This document shows, piece by piece, positions 38,884-47,600 of a stretch of 64,000 nt of DNA. This stretch comes from Sedimentisphaeraceae bacterium JB056 (GTDB lineage Bacteria > Planctomycetota > Phycisphaerae > Sedimentisphaerales > Sedimentisphaeraceae): NCBI GenBank assembly GCA_044440125.1, contig JBITAJ010000006.1, positions 35,840-99,839 of the forward strand. The letters run 5' to 3'. The position numbers and the translations under genes were made by a program. The notes under the pieces are model-generated. The model was given only the letters and a program-made list of their open reading frames with translations, did no database searches and was not told the DNA's origin. Every line of letters starts with the position of its first letter. Within the stretch, counting starts at the first letter, position 1.

Positions 38884-39918
38884 ATGTTTCTAAAGAAAGA
38901 GTTCAGTATTGTTGCCGCTTTAGTGTTGTCAGGTGTGTTTGCATTTAGCGGCAGCGGAGCCGAGGAAAACGGCAAGCTGCTGAGGTACAAACTTACGGCA
39001 GGCGACAAGTTTCTTTGCGTAAGTGAGACATCGCAAACAATCGATCAGACCGTTCAAGAGCAGGAGATGCATATTGAAACTTTTGTTAATGTTGAAACTT
39101 TTGTTAATGTTGATAAGGTTGCCGATGACGGCACCGCTACTTTGAGATTGAGCTATGGCAATATGAGGCAGGTAATGAATATGATGGGGCAGGAGATAGT
39201 TATTGATACTGCCAAGCCCGATGTCGTGGAGACAGGCGAGCCGCTGAGTCCGCAGGAAGAACAGGCCAAGCTTATGAATGATATCTTGAAGGCTGTTTTA
39301 GAAATCGAGCTTGTTGTTGAACTCAAGCCAACCGGTGAGAGTGTGGTCGTTGGCGGCATTGAGCAATTCCAGCAGGTCATGAGCGACGAACTTGCTAAGA
39401 TCGATCCGCAAATGGCTGGTGCAATGTCTCAGTTTATGGATCAGGTGATGACAGGCATGACAGACAGCTCAATTGAGGGGATGTTCTTTACATATCCACA
39501 GAAGTCTGTTAAAGTTGGCGGAAGTTGGACTAACGCCGCGAGTTTTGGGGATGCTCAGTTTCCAATAGATATCGATCTTACTTATACTTGCAAGAGTATT
39601 GAAGCAGACAATATGAAGGTTGCAGTTAAGGGAAAGATGGATATGGGCAATACCGAAGATGGTGCGAAAGTTATCGAAATGGACGGCATGAAAATGAATT
39701 TTCTGATGGCAGGGCTTGTTGATGGATACTGCAATATCGATCTTGAAACCGGCTTGGCCTCAGAGTCATTCACAGAGCACAGCTTTGACGGGAGCATCAA
39801 GATGGAAATACCAGTACCCGCCCAGGATGGCGGAGAGCCTCAGATTCAGACAATGAATATACCGATGGATATAAAAGGCACGACAATGATGAAGATCACA
39901 AAGATTGCGGCAGAATAA
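38884..39918 (+). CDS. Secreted hypothetical protein (DUF6263-like)
   Basis: Signal peptide; LRYKL..GD, YP..SVKVGGSW, DLETG. Confidence 0.65.
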   Translation: MFLKKEFSIVAALVLSGVFAFSGSGAEENGKLLRYKLTAGDKFLCVSETSQTIDQTVQEQEMHIETFVNVETFVNVDKVADDGTATLRLSYGNMRQVMNMMGQEIVIDTAKPDVVETGEPLSPQEEQAKLMNDILKAVLEIELVVELKPTGESVVVGGIEQFQQVMSDELAKIDPQMAGAMSQFMDQVMTGMTDSSIEGMFFTYPQKSVKVGGSWTNAASFGDAQFPIDIDLTYTCKSIEADNMKVAVKGKMDMGNTEDGAKVIEMDGMKMNFLMAGLVDGYCNIDLETGLASESFTEHSFDGSIKMEIPVPAQDGGEPQIQTMNIPMDIKGTTMMKITKIAAE

Positions 39919-39956
39919 TGTGATTCTGGCTGTGTCTTTGCCCTATTGGCTATAAA

Positions 39957-39991
39957 CAAGGCGTTCGGCTTAAACAGGTTGGACGCCTTGT
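39957..39991 (+). terminator. Stem-loop downstream of the secreted-protein gene
   Basis: ACAAGGCGTTC/GGACGCCTTGT stem; weak U tract. Confidence 0.45.
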
Positions 39992-40052
39992 GCAACTTTC
40001 CGGTTTCTAAGGTTTCGAAGCATTTACTTCAATCTTAAAATGGTAGATAAAA

Positions 40053-41519
40053 ATGGGAAAAGCGAGGCTCATACTTCCTGATCAGATATTCAGGCAGACC
40101 GATAATTTCAAGAACGATCAACTGTTGATATTGTTGGAACATCCTGACTACTTCTGTGCATTCAATTTCCATAAGAAGAAGCTGGTACTTCATAGAGCGT
40201 CAATGAAATTCTATGAAGATTTCCTGAAAAAGAAATTCAAGACCATTTACCTTGATTACAAGACACTTCAAAAGGCAGATTCTATAACCAAAGTCCTCAA
40301 AAAACACAAAATTACATCTGCTAAGATGTTTTGTCCGTTAAGTTCTTCAATCAGGACTGAATTCGAGAATATTGAGCAAGATGCGGGAATTAAAATTGAG
40401 TTCGAGCATAATCCTTCTATTATTACTCCCGATGATGAGTTGAAAGAATTTTTTGAGGGTAAAGAGCATTTTTCCATGACGAGCTTCTATATCCATCAAA
40501 GAAAGAAGCTTGAACTTCTTGTTGAAGATGGTAAGCCTATTGGAGGGAAATGGAGCTTTGATCCTCAAAATCGTAAAAAACTGCCTAAGAATATTGAATT
40601 ACCTGAAATTTTCAAGCCTTCTGTCAGTAAATACGTAAAGGAAGCAATTTCCTACGTAAATCAAAATTTTCCTGATAATCCGGGCGATACGGATAATTTC
40701 TTTTATCCTGTAACTTTTGCTGACAGTGACAAGTGGCTTAAGGATTTCCTTGAAAACAGGCTGCAATATTTTGGCGATTATGAAGATGCGATATCATCTA
40801 AACATGATTTTGTATATCATTCGGTCCTATCTCCGATGCTCAATAACGGACTTTTGAGTCCTGAGGATGTGGTATCGCATGCAATTAATCGATACAAGCA
40901 AGAAGATATATCACTCAATAATATAGAAGGTTTTGTACGTCAGCTGGTTGGCTGGCGGGAATTTATGCGTGGAATGTATCTAATTCGAGGCTCGCAGTTG
41001 CGTAAGAGCAATTTCTGGCGTTTTAATCGCCGTATCCCTTCTTCGTTTTACACGGCCCAAACCAGCATCGAGCCTCTTGATATTACAATAAAAAAGGTCT
41101 TGAATAATTCGTATTTGCATCATATAGAACGACTTATGATAATCGGGAACGTTATGCTGCTTTGCGAGATTTCTCCTGATGAAGTCTATCGCTGGTTTAT
41201 GGAGTTGTTTATAGATGCCTACGACTGGGTGATGGTTCCGAATGTTTACGGCATGAGCCAATACAGTGATGGTGGCAGCATGACAACGAAGCCATATATA
41301 AGTTCATCGAATTATATACATAAGATGAGCGATTATCCGCTTGATGGCTGGGGTGAGATATGGGATGGGCTTTTCTGGCGTTTTGTCAGTAAGAATAAGC
41401 CGTTTTTTGCTCAAAATCCAAGAATGAAGATAATGGTCAATTTGCTTAATAAGAAAAGCAAGGAAGAGCTAAAAAATCATATAACAATTGCAGAAGAGTT
41501 TCTTGAAGGTATGGGCTGA
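40053..41519 (+). CDS. Cryptochrome/photolyase family protein, PhrB/CryPro-like (6-4) photolyase
   Basis: HKKKLVLHRASM, GGKWSFD..NR, FGDYEDA, EGFVRQLVGWREF, YLHHIERLM, DAYDWVMVPNV.GM, TKPY. Confidence 0.92.
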   Translation: MGKARLILPDQIFRQTDNFKNDQLLILLEHPDYFCAFNFHKKKLVLHRASMKFYEDFLKKKFKTIYLDYKTLQKADSITKVLKKHKITSAKMFCPLSSSIRTEFENIEQDAGIKIEFEHNPSIITPDDELKEFFEGKEHFSMTSFYIHQRKKLELLVEDGKPIGGKWSFDPQNRKKLPKNIELPEIFKPSVSKYVKEAISYVNQNFPDNPGDTDNFFYPVTFADSDKWLKDFLENRLQYFGDYEDAISSKHDFVYHSVLSPMLNNGLLSPEDVVSHAINRYKQEDISLNNIEGFVRQLVGWREFMRGMYLIRGSQLRKSNFWRFNRRIPSSFYTAQTSIEPLDITIKKVLNNSYLHHIERLMIIGNVMLLCEISPDEVYRWFMELFIDAYDWVMVPNVYGMSQYSDGGSMTTKPYISSSNYIHKMSDYPLDGWGEIWDGLFWRFVSKNKPFFAQNPRMKIMVNLLNKKSKEELKNHITIAEEFLEGMG

Positions 41520-41637
41520 TTGAAATACCTGTAATATATCTTGTTAGAATGCTCATTAACCGTTTTTTGCTTGCAGTTTACACCCTTGGCGACTATTATT
41601 TGGCTGTTTTGTCCGTATTAAAATAAATAGCTGAATA

Positions 41638-42012
41638 ATGGAAACGAATATGGTAAATGATATAATGTTTGTAGCGGTTGGCCTTGCTGCCGGTATAATA
41701 AGCGGCCTTTTAGGTATTGGCGGGGCTATCTTTATGATTCCCGTTCTTGTCTTCTTTTTTGGTATGAGCCAGCATGTTGCTCAGGGGACAACTCTTGCGA
41801 TGATGCTGCCGCCTGTAACTATTCTGGCAGTGATGACATACTACAAAAACGGCAACATGGACTGGAAAATCTCCGCACTATTGTGTCTGGGGTTCTTTTT
41901 TGGCAGTTATTTTGGGGCGCAGTTTGCGACAGCTATTCATCCGGCGGTTTTGAAGAAGATATTCGGCTTTGTGCTGCTCATAGCGGCCGTCAAGATGATA
42001 TTAGGGAAATAG
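41638..42012 (+). CDS. Half-size TauE/SafE (TSUP) family membrane protein
   Basis: GL.AG..SGLLGIGG...P.L, A.GTTL, G.YFGA. Confidence 0.85.
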   Translation: METNMVNDIMFVAVGLAAGIISGLLGIGGAIFMIPVLVFFFGMSQHVAQGTTLAMMLPPVTILAVMTYYKNGNMDWKISALLCLGFFFGSYFGAQFATAIHPAVLKKIFGFVLLIAAVKMILGK

Positions 42013-42127
42013 TTAAGTAACCAGTTATCAGTTGGCTTTCGCCGCTTGATAAGTTAAGGTTATAGAATATGATAGTGGTATTGATAGTTAAATTTATAAA
42101 CGCGATAGATGATAATTGGTAATTGCT

Positions 42128-42751
42128 ATGAAAATATTGCTTGCGACAACTAACCCCGGTAAAAAACGAGAACTTGAGTATATGCTTGATGGTTTCGGCG
42201 TTGAGCTTTGCACTCTTGCTGATTTTGATAATATTGTAGAGGTTGAGGAAGACGGCCAAACTTTTGCTGAAAATGCACGCAAAAAGGCACTTGGCTATGC
42301 TTCGCAGAGTGGTTTATGGACCATTGCGGATGATTCGGGGTTGGAAGTCGATTACCTTGATGGTGCTCCGGGGATTCACAGCGCAAGATTTTCTGGCGTA
42401 CATAAAGACCACAGCGATCCTCGCAATCTCATTGATCATGAGAACATAAAGAAGCTTCTTTCTCTTATGGAAGGCGTTGAAGAACAGAAGAGAACTGCAA
42501 GATTTGTCTGTTCACTTGCCTTGGCAAAGCCCGGCAAGGTTTTGTTCGAGACTTTTGGTGCATTTGAGGGTAGAATACTCAACGAACTTCGTGGTGAGGG
42601 CGGATTTGGTTATGATCCTGTCTTTTTTGTGCCTGAGATAGGCAAGACAGCCGCGGAAATGAGCAAAGAAGAGAAAAATTCAATGAGCCACAGGCATAAC
42701 GCCCTTGTGAAGTTGTTGCCGGAATTGGAGAGAATGGTAAACAGGCAATAG
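42128..42751 (+). CDS. rdgB: Non-canonical purine NTP pyrophosphatase (RdgB/HAM1)
   Basis: ATTNPGK, TFAENA.KK, ADDSGL, PGIHSAR, GFGYDP, SHR. Confidence 0.95.
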   Translation: MKILLATTNPGKKRELEYMLDGFGVELCTLADFDNIVEVEEDGQTFAENARKKALGYASQSGLWTIADDSGLEVDYLDGAPGIHSARFSGVHKDHSDPRNLIDHENIKKLLSLMEGVEEQKRTARFVCSLALAKPGKVLFETFGAFEGRILNELRGEGGFGYDPVFFVPEIGKTAAEMSKEEKNSMSHRHNALVKLLPELERMVNRQ

Positions 42752-42787
42752 GTGTGAGGCGGGAGAAATTTGTGACACTATTGTGAG

Positions 42788-42835
42788 TTTTACCATGAAA
42801 ATTAGAGTTGACAGTTCTAATTTTCATGGTAAAAT
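42788..42835 (+). promoter_or_regulatory. Perfect 19-bp inverted repeat overlapping a sigma70 promoter
   Basis: TTTTACCATGAAAATTAGA (42788-42806) / TCTAATTTTCATGGTAAAA (42816-42834); TTGACA 42808-42813; TGnTAAAAT ending 42835. Confidence 0.8.
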
Positions 42836-43984
42836 ATGTATATGATTTCGCGAACGAGATATGTTAATGGTGTGAAAAAGGCAATAGGCAGGTCGCCTGT
42901 AACTGCTATACTTGGACCTCGGCAATGTGGAAAAACAACGCTTGCAAAGTTTGTATGTAATGATTTTGAAAGCACTTACCTTGATCTTGAGAGCAGAGTT
43001 ACCTTGCGGCGGCTTGAGAATCCTGAGATGCTCTTTGCCTCGTTAAGCGGTTTGGTAGTGATTGACGAGATCCAACTAATGCCGGAATTGTTTTCTACTC
43101 TGCGTGTAGTTGTAGATGATGACTGCAATAAGTGTCGTTTTCTCATACTTGGCAGCGCATCGCCACATATAGTCAAAGGCGCAAGTGAAACGCTTGCCGG
43201 TCGAATAGAATTTATTGATATGCGTGGTTTTGACTCTGAGGAACTTGAATTTGAAAATACGCAGCGTTTGTGGCTTCGCGGCGGCTTTCCGCGTTCGTAT
43301 CTTGCTGGCGATGATAATGACAGTTATTCCTGGAGAAATGGGTTTATTCGTACGTTTCTTGAGCGTGATATTCCTCAGTTGGGAATAAAGGTACCTGCGC
43401 CAATGATGCAAAGATTCTGGACAATGCTGGCTCATTTTCACGGCAAAACATGGAATGCTTCAAGTGTAGCAGCCTCGCTGGGAATAAGCTATAAAACAGT
43501 GCAGTCGTATCTCGATATACTGACGCAGACCTTTATGATCAGACAGCTTCAGCCGTGGCACGAGAATATAAAAAAAAGACAGGTGAAGTCTCCAAAGATA
43601 TATTTTTGTGATAGTGGTTTACTGCATAATTTGCTTGAAATTAGAACGTTTGAAGCTCTTCTGGGAAATCCGCAATGCGGCGCTTCGTGGGAAGGCTTTG
43701 CTGTGGAACAGGTATTGCGTATGGTTGGACTATCGCAAGCTTATTTTTGGGCAACTCATAACGGAGCAGAATTAGACATGTTCTTTATCGTTGATGGTAA
43801 ACGCTATGGTATTGAATTTAAGCTCAATGAAGCACCTTCCAAAACCAAGTCAATGTCTATAGCTGTTGATACGCTTGGTCTTGATAAGCTGCTCGTAGTT
43901 TACCCGGGTAGTGAAACATGGCAATTTACAGAGAAAATAATAGTCAGTCCGTTAGAAAAAATCTTAGATTTTATGCCTAAGTAA
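42836..43984 (+). CDS. ATP-binding protein, AAA_14 + DUF4143 architecture with C-terminal PD-(D/E)xK-like motif
   Basis: GPRQCGKTT, IDEIQ, LGSAS, ETLAGR, GGFP, KSPKIYFCDSGL, ELD...GIEFK; start may be ATG 42842. Confidence 0.9.
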   Translation: MYMISRTRYVNGVKKAIGRSPVTAILGPRQCGKTTLAKFVCNDFESTYLDLESRVTLRRLENPEMLFASLSGLVVIDEIQLMPELFSTLRVVVDDDCNKCRFLILGSASPHIVKGASETLAGRIEFIDMRGFDSEELEFENTQRLWLRGGFPRSYLAGDDNDSYSWRNGFIRTFLERDIPQLGIKVPAPMMQRFWTMLAHFHGKTWNASSVAASLGISYKTVQSYLDILTQTFMIRQLQPWHENIKKRQVKSPKIYFCDSGLLHNLLEIRTFEALLGNPQCGASWEGFAVEQVLRMVGLSQAYFWATHNGAELDMFFIVDGKRYGIEFKLNEAPSKTKSMSIAVDTLGLDKLLVVYPGSETWQFTEKIIVSPLEKILDFMPK

Positions 43985-44009
43985 ATAGACATTAGGCACT
44001 GTTATAAAT

Positions 44010-44819
44010 ATGAAGAAAAAGCAAAAAATAGATATTGTATATAAAGATGACGAGATAATCGTTATAAATAAACCTTGCGGGATTTCAGTTACAAAGGACA
44101 GGACCGGTGAGCCAAACGTGCTTGAGATACTTGAGGCTCAGCTTGGGCTTAAGGAGAACTTGCGGCTTGTCCATCGACTTGATAAACAGACATCCGGAGT
44201 GATGATGATTACCCGGGATATAGATGTGCAGAGGCAGGTTTCTGGTTTGTTTGCAAAGCAATTAGTGTCAAAGATTTATCTGGCTTTGGTTGATGGGTAT
44301 GTGCCGACTGAGAAGGGACGCATTAAGATGCCGATTGGGCCGTCTAAGGAACGCGGCAAGATGAAAATCGACCCGAGAAAAGGTAAGCAGGCGGAAACGT
44401 ATTGGCAGCAATTGGCCAATTTCGGTAATCTTTCACTGCTGGCAGTTCGTCCCGTTACCGGTCGAACTCACCAGATCAGGGTTCATTTGACCAGTCGCGG
44501 CATGCCGCTGGCTATTGATCCGGTTTATGCAAGTCCAAAGCCCATAATGCTTTCTGATCATAAACGTGGCTACAGAAGTGTCAAAGGTAAAGAAGAAAGA
44601 CCGCTTATCGAACGCATGACTCTCCATGCCTATCAGCTTGATATTCCCGAGGAATCAGGCCTCAAGCAGCTTCATTTTGCCGCGGCATTGGACAAGAAAT
44701 TTTCGGCGGTGATTAAAATGCTTGCCAAACATAATCGTAATGGTCTTAATTCCTTTGCCAATCCTGAATATTTTGATATGATAATGGAAGATAAACCCTT
44801 AACAGGACTTGATATATAA
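44010..44819 (+). CDS. RluA family pseudouridine synthase
   Basis: INKPCG, HRLDKQTSG, TGRTHQIRVH, LHA. Confidence 0.93.
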   Translation: MKKKQKIDIVYKDDEIIVINKPCGISVTKDRTGEPNVLEILEAQLGLKENLRLVHRLDKQTSGVMMITRDIDVQRQVSGLFAKQLVSKIYLALVDGYVPTEKGRIKMPIGPSKERGKMKIDPRKGKQAETYWQQLANFGNLSLLAVRPVTGRTHQIRVHLTSRGMPLAIDPVYASPKPIMLSDHKRGYRSVKGKEERPLIERMTLHAYQLDIPEESGLKQLHFAAALDKKFSAVIKMLAKHNRNGLNSFANPEYFDMIMEDKPLTGLDI

Positions 44820-44828
44820 GAGTTAGGT

Positions 44829-45524
44829 ATGAAATTTACGGTTAAAATAGCACTTTTATGCCTTGCGATAAGTTTGACAGGGTGTTCACAAAGATTTACG
44901 AGTTATTGTGGACAAAGGGGTGATTTTGACTTTCAAAACGGTGATTTGCTGTTTTTTGATTATGATTGCGGGCCGATGTGCGATGCCATAGAAGAGGTGA
45001 CGACCGGTTATGATGATGTGAATCTGTCGCATGTAGGCCTGATTGAGGTTGAAGGCGATACGGTATATATTATAGAGGCAGTATCGCAAGGTGTTGTAAG
45101 GCGTGAGCTTGGAGATATATCGAAGAGGGCCTCGCTCGATGAAAAAGGCCGCCCCAAAGTTATGGTTGGAAGGCTTGCGGAAGAGTATCAGCCGCTGATT
45201 CCCGATGCTATTGCAGAGGCTAAAAAGCTCATCGGTAAGAAATATGATAAGATGTTTTTGCCTATGAATGATGAATATTATTGTTCTGAACTGGTTTATC
45301 AGGCATTCAAGAATGCGGCAGGTTACGAGGTGTTTAAGCTTGAGCCGATGACGTTCAAATCGCCGCAGACGGGTGAGTTTATGGATGTTTGGATTGATCA
45401 TTACGAAAAACTCAGGCTCAATATTCCGGAGGGTATACCCGGGATAAATCCCGCAGGCATGACGAGAAACGAGAAGCTCATAATGATTGAGCCTTTCGGA
45501 AAGTGTTCGAGAAAGAGTATATAA
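44829..45524 (+). CDS. Permuted papain-like amidase (YiiX/YebB-like NlpC/P60) lipoprotein
   Basis: Lipobox LTGC; GDLLF, SHVGL, YYCSELV. Confidence 0.85.
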   Translation: MKFTVKIALLCLAISLTGCSQRFTSYCGQRGDFDFQNGDLLFFDYDCGPMCDAIEEVTTGYDDVNLSHVGLIEVEGDTVYIIEAVSQGVVRRELGDISKRASLDEKGRPKVMVGRLAEEYQPLIPDAIAEAKKLIGKKYDKMFLPMNDEYYCSELVYQAFKNAAGYEVFKLEPMTFKSPQTGEFMDVWIDHYEKLRLNIPEGIPGINPAGMTRNEKLIMIEPFGKCSRKSI

Positions 45525-45570
45525 ATTAGAATAATTACTTCTAAAATTATAATAAGAGAAGAGGTTTGAT

Positions 45571-46494
45571 ATGAAGACGGATATAACTGGAATGAGTGAT
45601 ATGCTGGAGACTGTCTCTGTGCTCAGGAGTGCAAAGAATTTGTTTTTTACCGTTTCGCTTATGGCTCTGTTGGTACTTGGGGCGATCTTTGTGCTGAGTC
45701 GTATGGATAGGGTTAATTATCCATGGGAAGATTCTATTGATAAGAATGTTGCATGCAGTGATGAAGCTGTTGAGGAATTGGAACAGCAGTCGCAGATGCC
45801 TGCACTTGCCGCAGTAGTTGGTGAGCAGGCAGCCGAAAAAACTGAAGATATTGAACAGACCCCCGCAACTGATGCTGTAGAGGAGCTGGTTGAGGTTTCT
45901 ACTCAGCCTGAAGTTATCGAACAGCAGGCCGCAGAGGCGGTAGCTTCTACTATTGAAGAGGCATTGTCTGTGAGTGAGGCCGCAGTTGAAGAAACTGACG
46001 TTCAGGATGCAGAGAAAGATATTACTGAGCAGCAGGGTGATATATACGAGATGGAAAAAGAAGCAGAGGCAGTGAAATGGCAGATGAGCTGGCGAACAGC
46101 TTCATCTTTGATTAGGCTTTGCAATGCGGCTCTTGTTTTCTCGCTCACTCTTTATTGCTTCAGTTTGCTTATCTGTTTGAAGCTTACTCTTGTAGGCAGG
46201 CTTGGAGCAGCGTATTATATTACGAGCGGTATGTTCCTGTCTATGTTCGCGGCAGTGATCTTTATGCCGTGGCAGGCGGCTTTTCCAGGTGTGGGACTTG
46301 CAGGGGCGATGTATATGCCTTACGAGCTTGCCTGTGCGACAATCAATTACGAAAAGCTCACAAAGATTGGTGCGGCAATGTTTTATGCGAGATATGCGGG
46401 GCTTTGGCTTGTCGTTCTTCTTGCGTTGATAATGGCTCAGGGTCGCAGTATGTGCTGGGCGGCAAGAACAACGGCGAATATGCCTGACGCATAA
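45571..46494 (+). CDS. Hypothetical membrane protein with long acidic loop
   Basis: N-terminal TM, E/Q/A-rich segment, three or more C-terminal TM segments. Confidence 0.65.
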   Translation: MKTDITGMSDMLETVSVLRSAKNLFFTVSLMALLVLGAIFVLSRMDRVNYPWEDSIDKNVACSDEAVEELEQQSQMPALAAVVGEQAAEKTEDIEQTPATDAVEELVEVSTQPEVIEQQAAEAVASTIEEALSVSEAAVEETDVQDAEKDITEQQGDIYEMEKEAEAVKWQMSWRTASSLIRLCNAALVFSLTLYCFSLLICLKLTLVGRLGAAYYITSGMFLSMFAAVIFMPWQAAFPGVGLAGAMYMPYELACATINYEKLTKIGAAMFYARYAGLWLVVLLALIMAQGRSMCWAARTTANMPDA

Positions 46495-46541
46495 GGAAAT
46501 GATATCCGGATTCAAGACTTGCCGGAAATATAGCGAACGGA

Positions 46542-47597
46542 GTGATATTGGAAGCTGAAAAATGGCGTGAAATAGTATCAGGCAGTCGGGTCGACATCAA
46601 GGCTCGCTGCCTTCTTTTGATATTCAGGATTCTGGCTGTTATCTACGGATTGATTATAACTGTCAGAAATCTGGCTTACAGAAATGGCGTACTGCCTGTT
46701 AAAAAGGCGGAGTTACCTGTTATCAGTGTTGGCAATATTACAGCCGGCGGTACCGGCAAGACTCCTATTGTGATTTGGCTTTGTCAGATGTTTGCCGCTA
46801 AGAACCTGAAAACAGCGGTTTTGAGCCGTGGTTATAAGGGTGATGGGCAGAGTGCTGATGAGCCGGAGTTGATTCGCAAAAGCTGTCCGGAAAGTCAAGT
46901 CATTATAAACAGCGATCGATTTGCCGGCTCTGTTGAAGCTTGCAAAAATTTGGGAAATGAAGGAGTTCTGATACTGGATGATGGATTCCAGCATAGAAGA
47001 TTAGGGCGTGAGCTTGATATCCTGACGGTTGACGCGACCTGTCCGTTTGGTTACGAGAGAATCTTGCCGGCAGGTTTGCTTCGGGAGTCGCTTTCTGGAA
47101 TAAAACGCGCAAAGATTGCTATAATAACACGTTGTGACATTGCGACTGAGGAACAGATTAATTTTGTGACTTGGCGACTTATACGAATTAATCCCGATAT
47201 TGCCATTTATAAAGTTGGGCACAGATATTCCGGCATTGAGATGCTTGACGGTAAAAATATTGAAATGCCTGATCTGTCAGGCAAAAAATGTTTCGTCTTT
47301 TGCGGGATTGGCAACCCTCATGCCTTTCTTGAGTGCCTTTTCAACTGCAATGTAAGTGTCGTTGACTATAAAATATATGCCGATCATCACAATTATACTG
47401 ATGCTGATGTTGATTATTTACTGACAAAGGCATCTGATTGTGATATAATGCTGACCACTGAAAAGGATTTTGTGAAGTTAAAAGGTCTCGATTGTCCTGA
47501 ATTATTCATGAAATGCGGTTGCACGAAGCTCGAAATTGACCTTTATGATAAGGGGCAGGAGCTTTCAGAATTGATAATTAACAATATTGATAGTTGA
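46542..47597 (+). CDS. lpxK: Tetraacyldisaccharide 4'-kinase
   Basis: SVGNITAGGTGKTP, SRGY, DDGFQHRRL, LPAGLLRE, TTEKD. Confidence 0.95.
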   Translation: MILEAEKWREIVSGSRVDIKARCLLLIFRILAVIYGLIITVRNLAYRNGVLPVKKAELPVISVGNITAGGTGKTPIVIWLCQMFAAKNLKTAVLSRGYKGDGQSADEPELIRKSCPESQVIINSDRFAGSVEACKNLGNEGVLILDDGFQHRRLGRELDILTVDATCPFGYERILPAGLLRESLSGIKRAKIAIITRCDIATEEQINFVTWRLIRINPDIAIYKVGHRYSGIEMLDGKNIEMPDLSGKKCFVFCGIGNPHAFLECLFNCNVSVVDYKIYADHHNYTDADVDYLLTKASDCDIMLTTEKDFVKLKGLDCPELFMKCGCTKLEIDLYDKGQELSELIINNIDS

Positions 47598-47600
47598 GTT

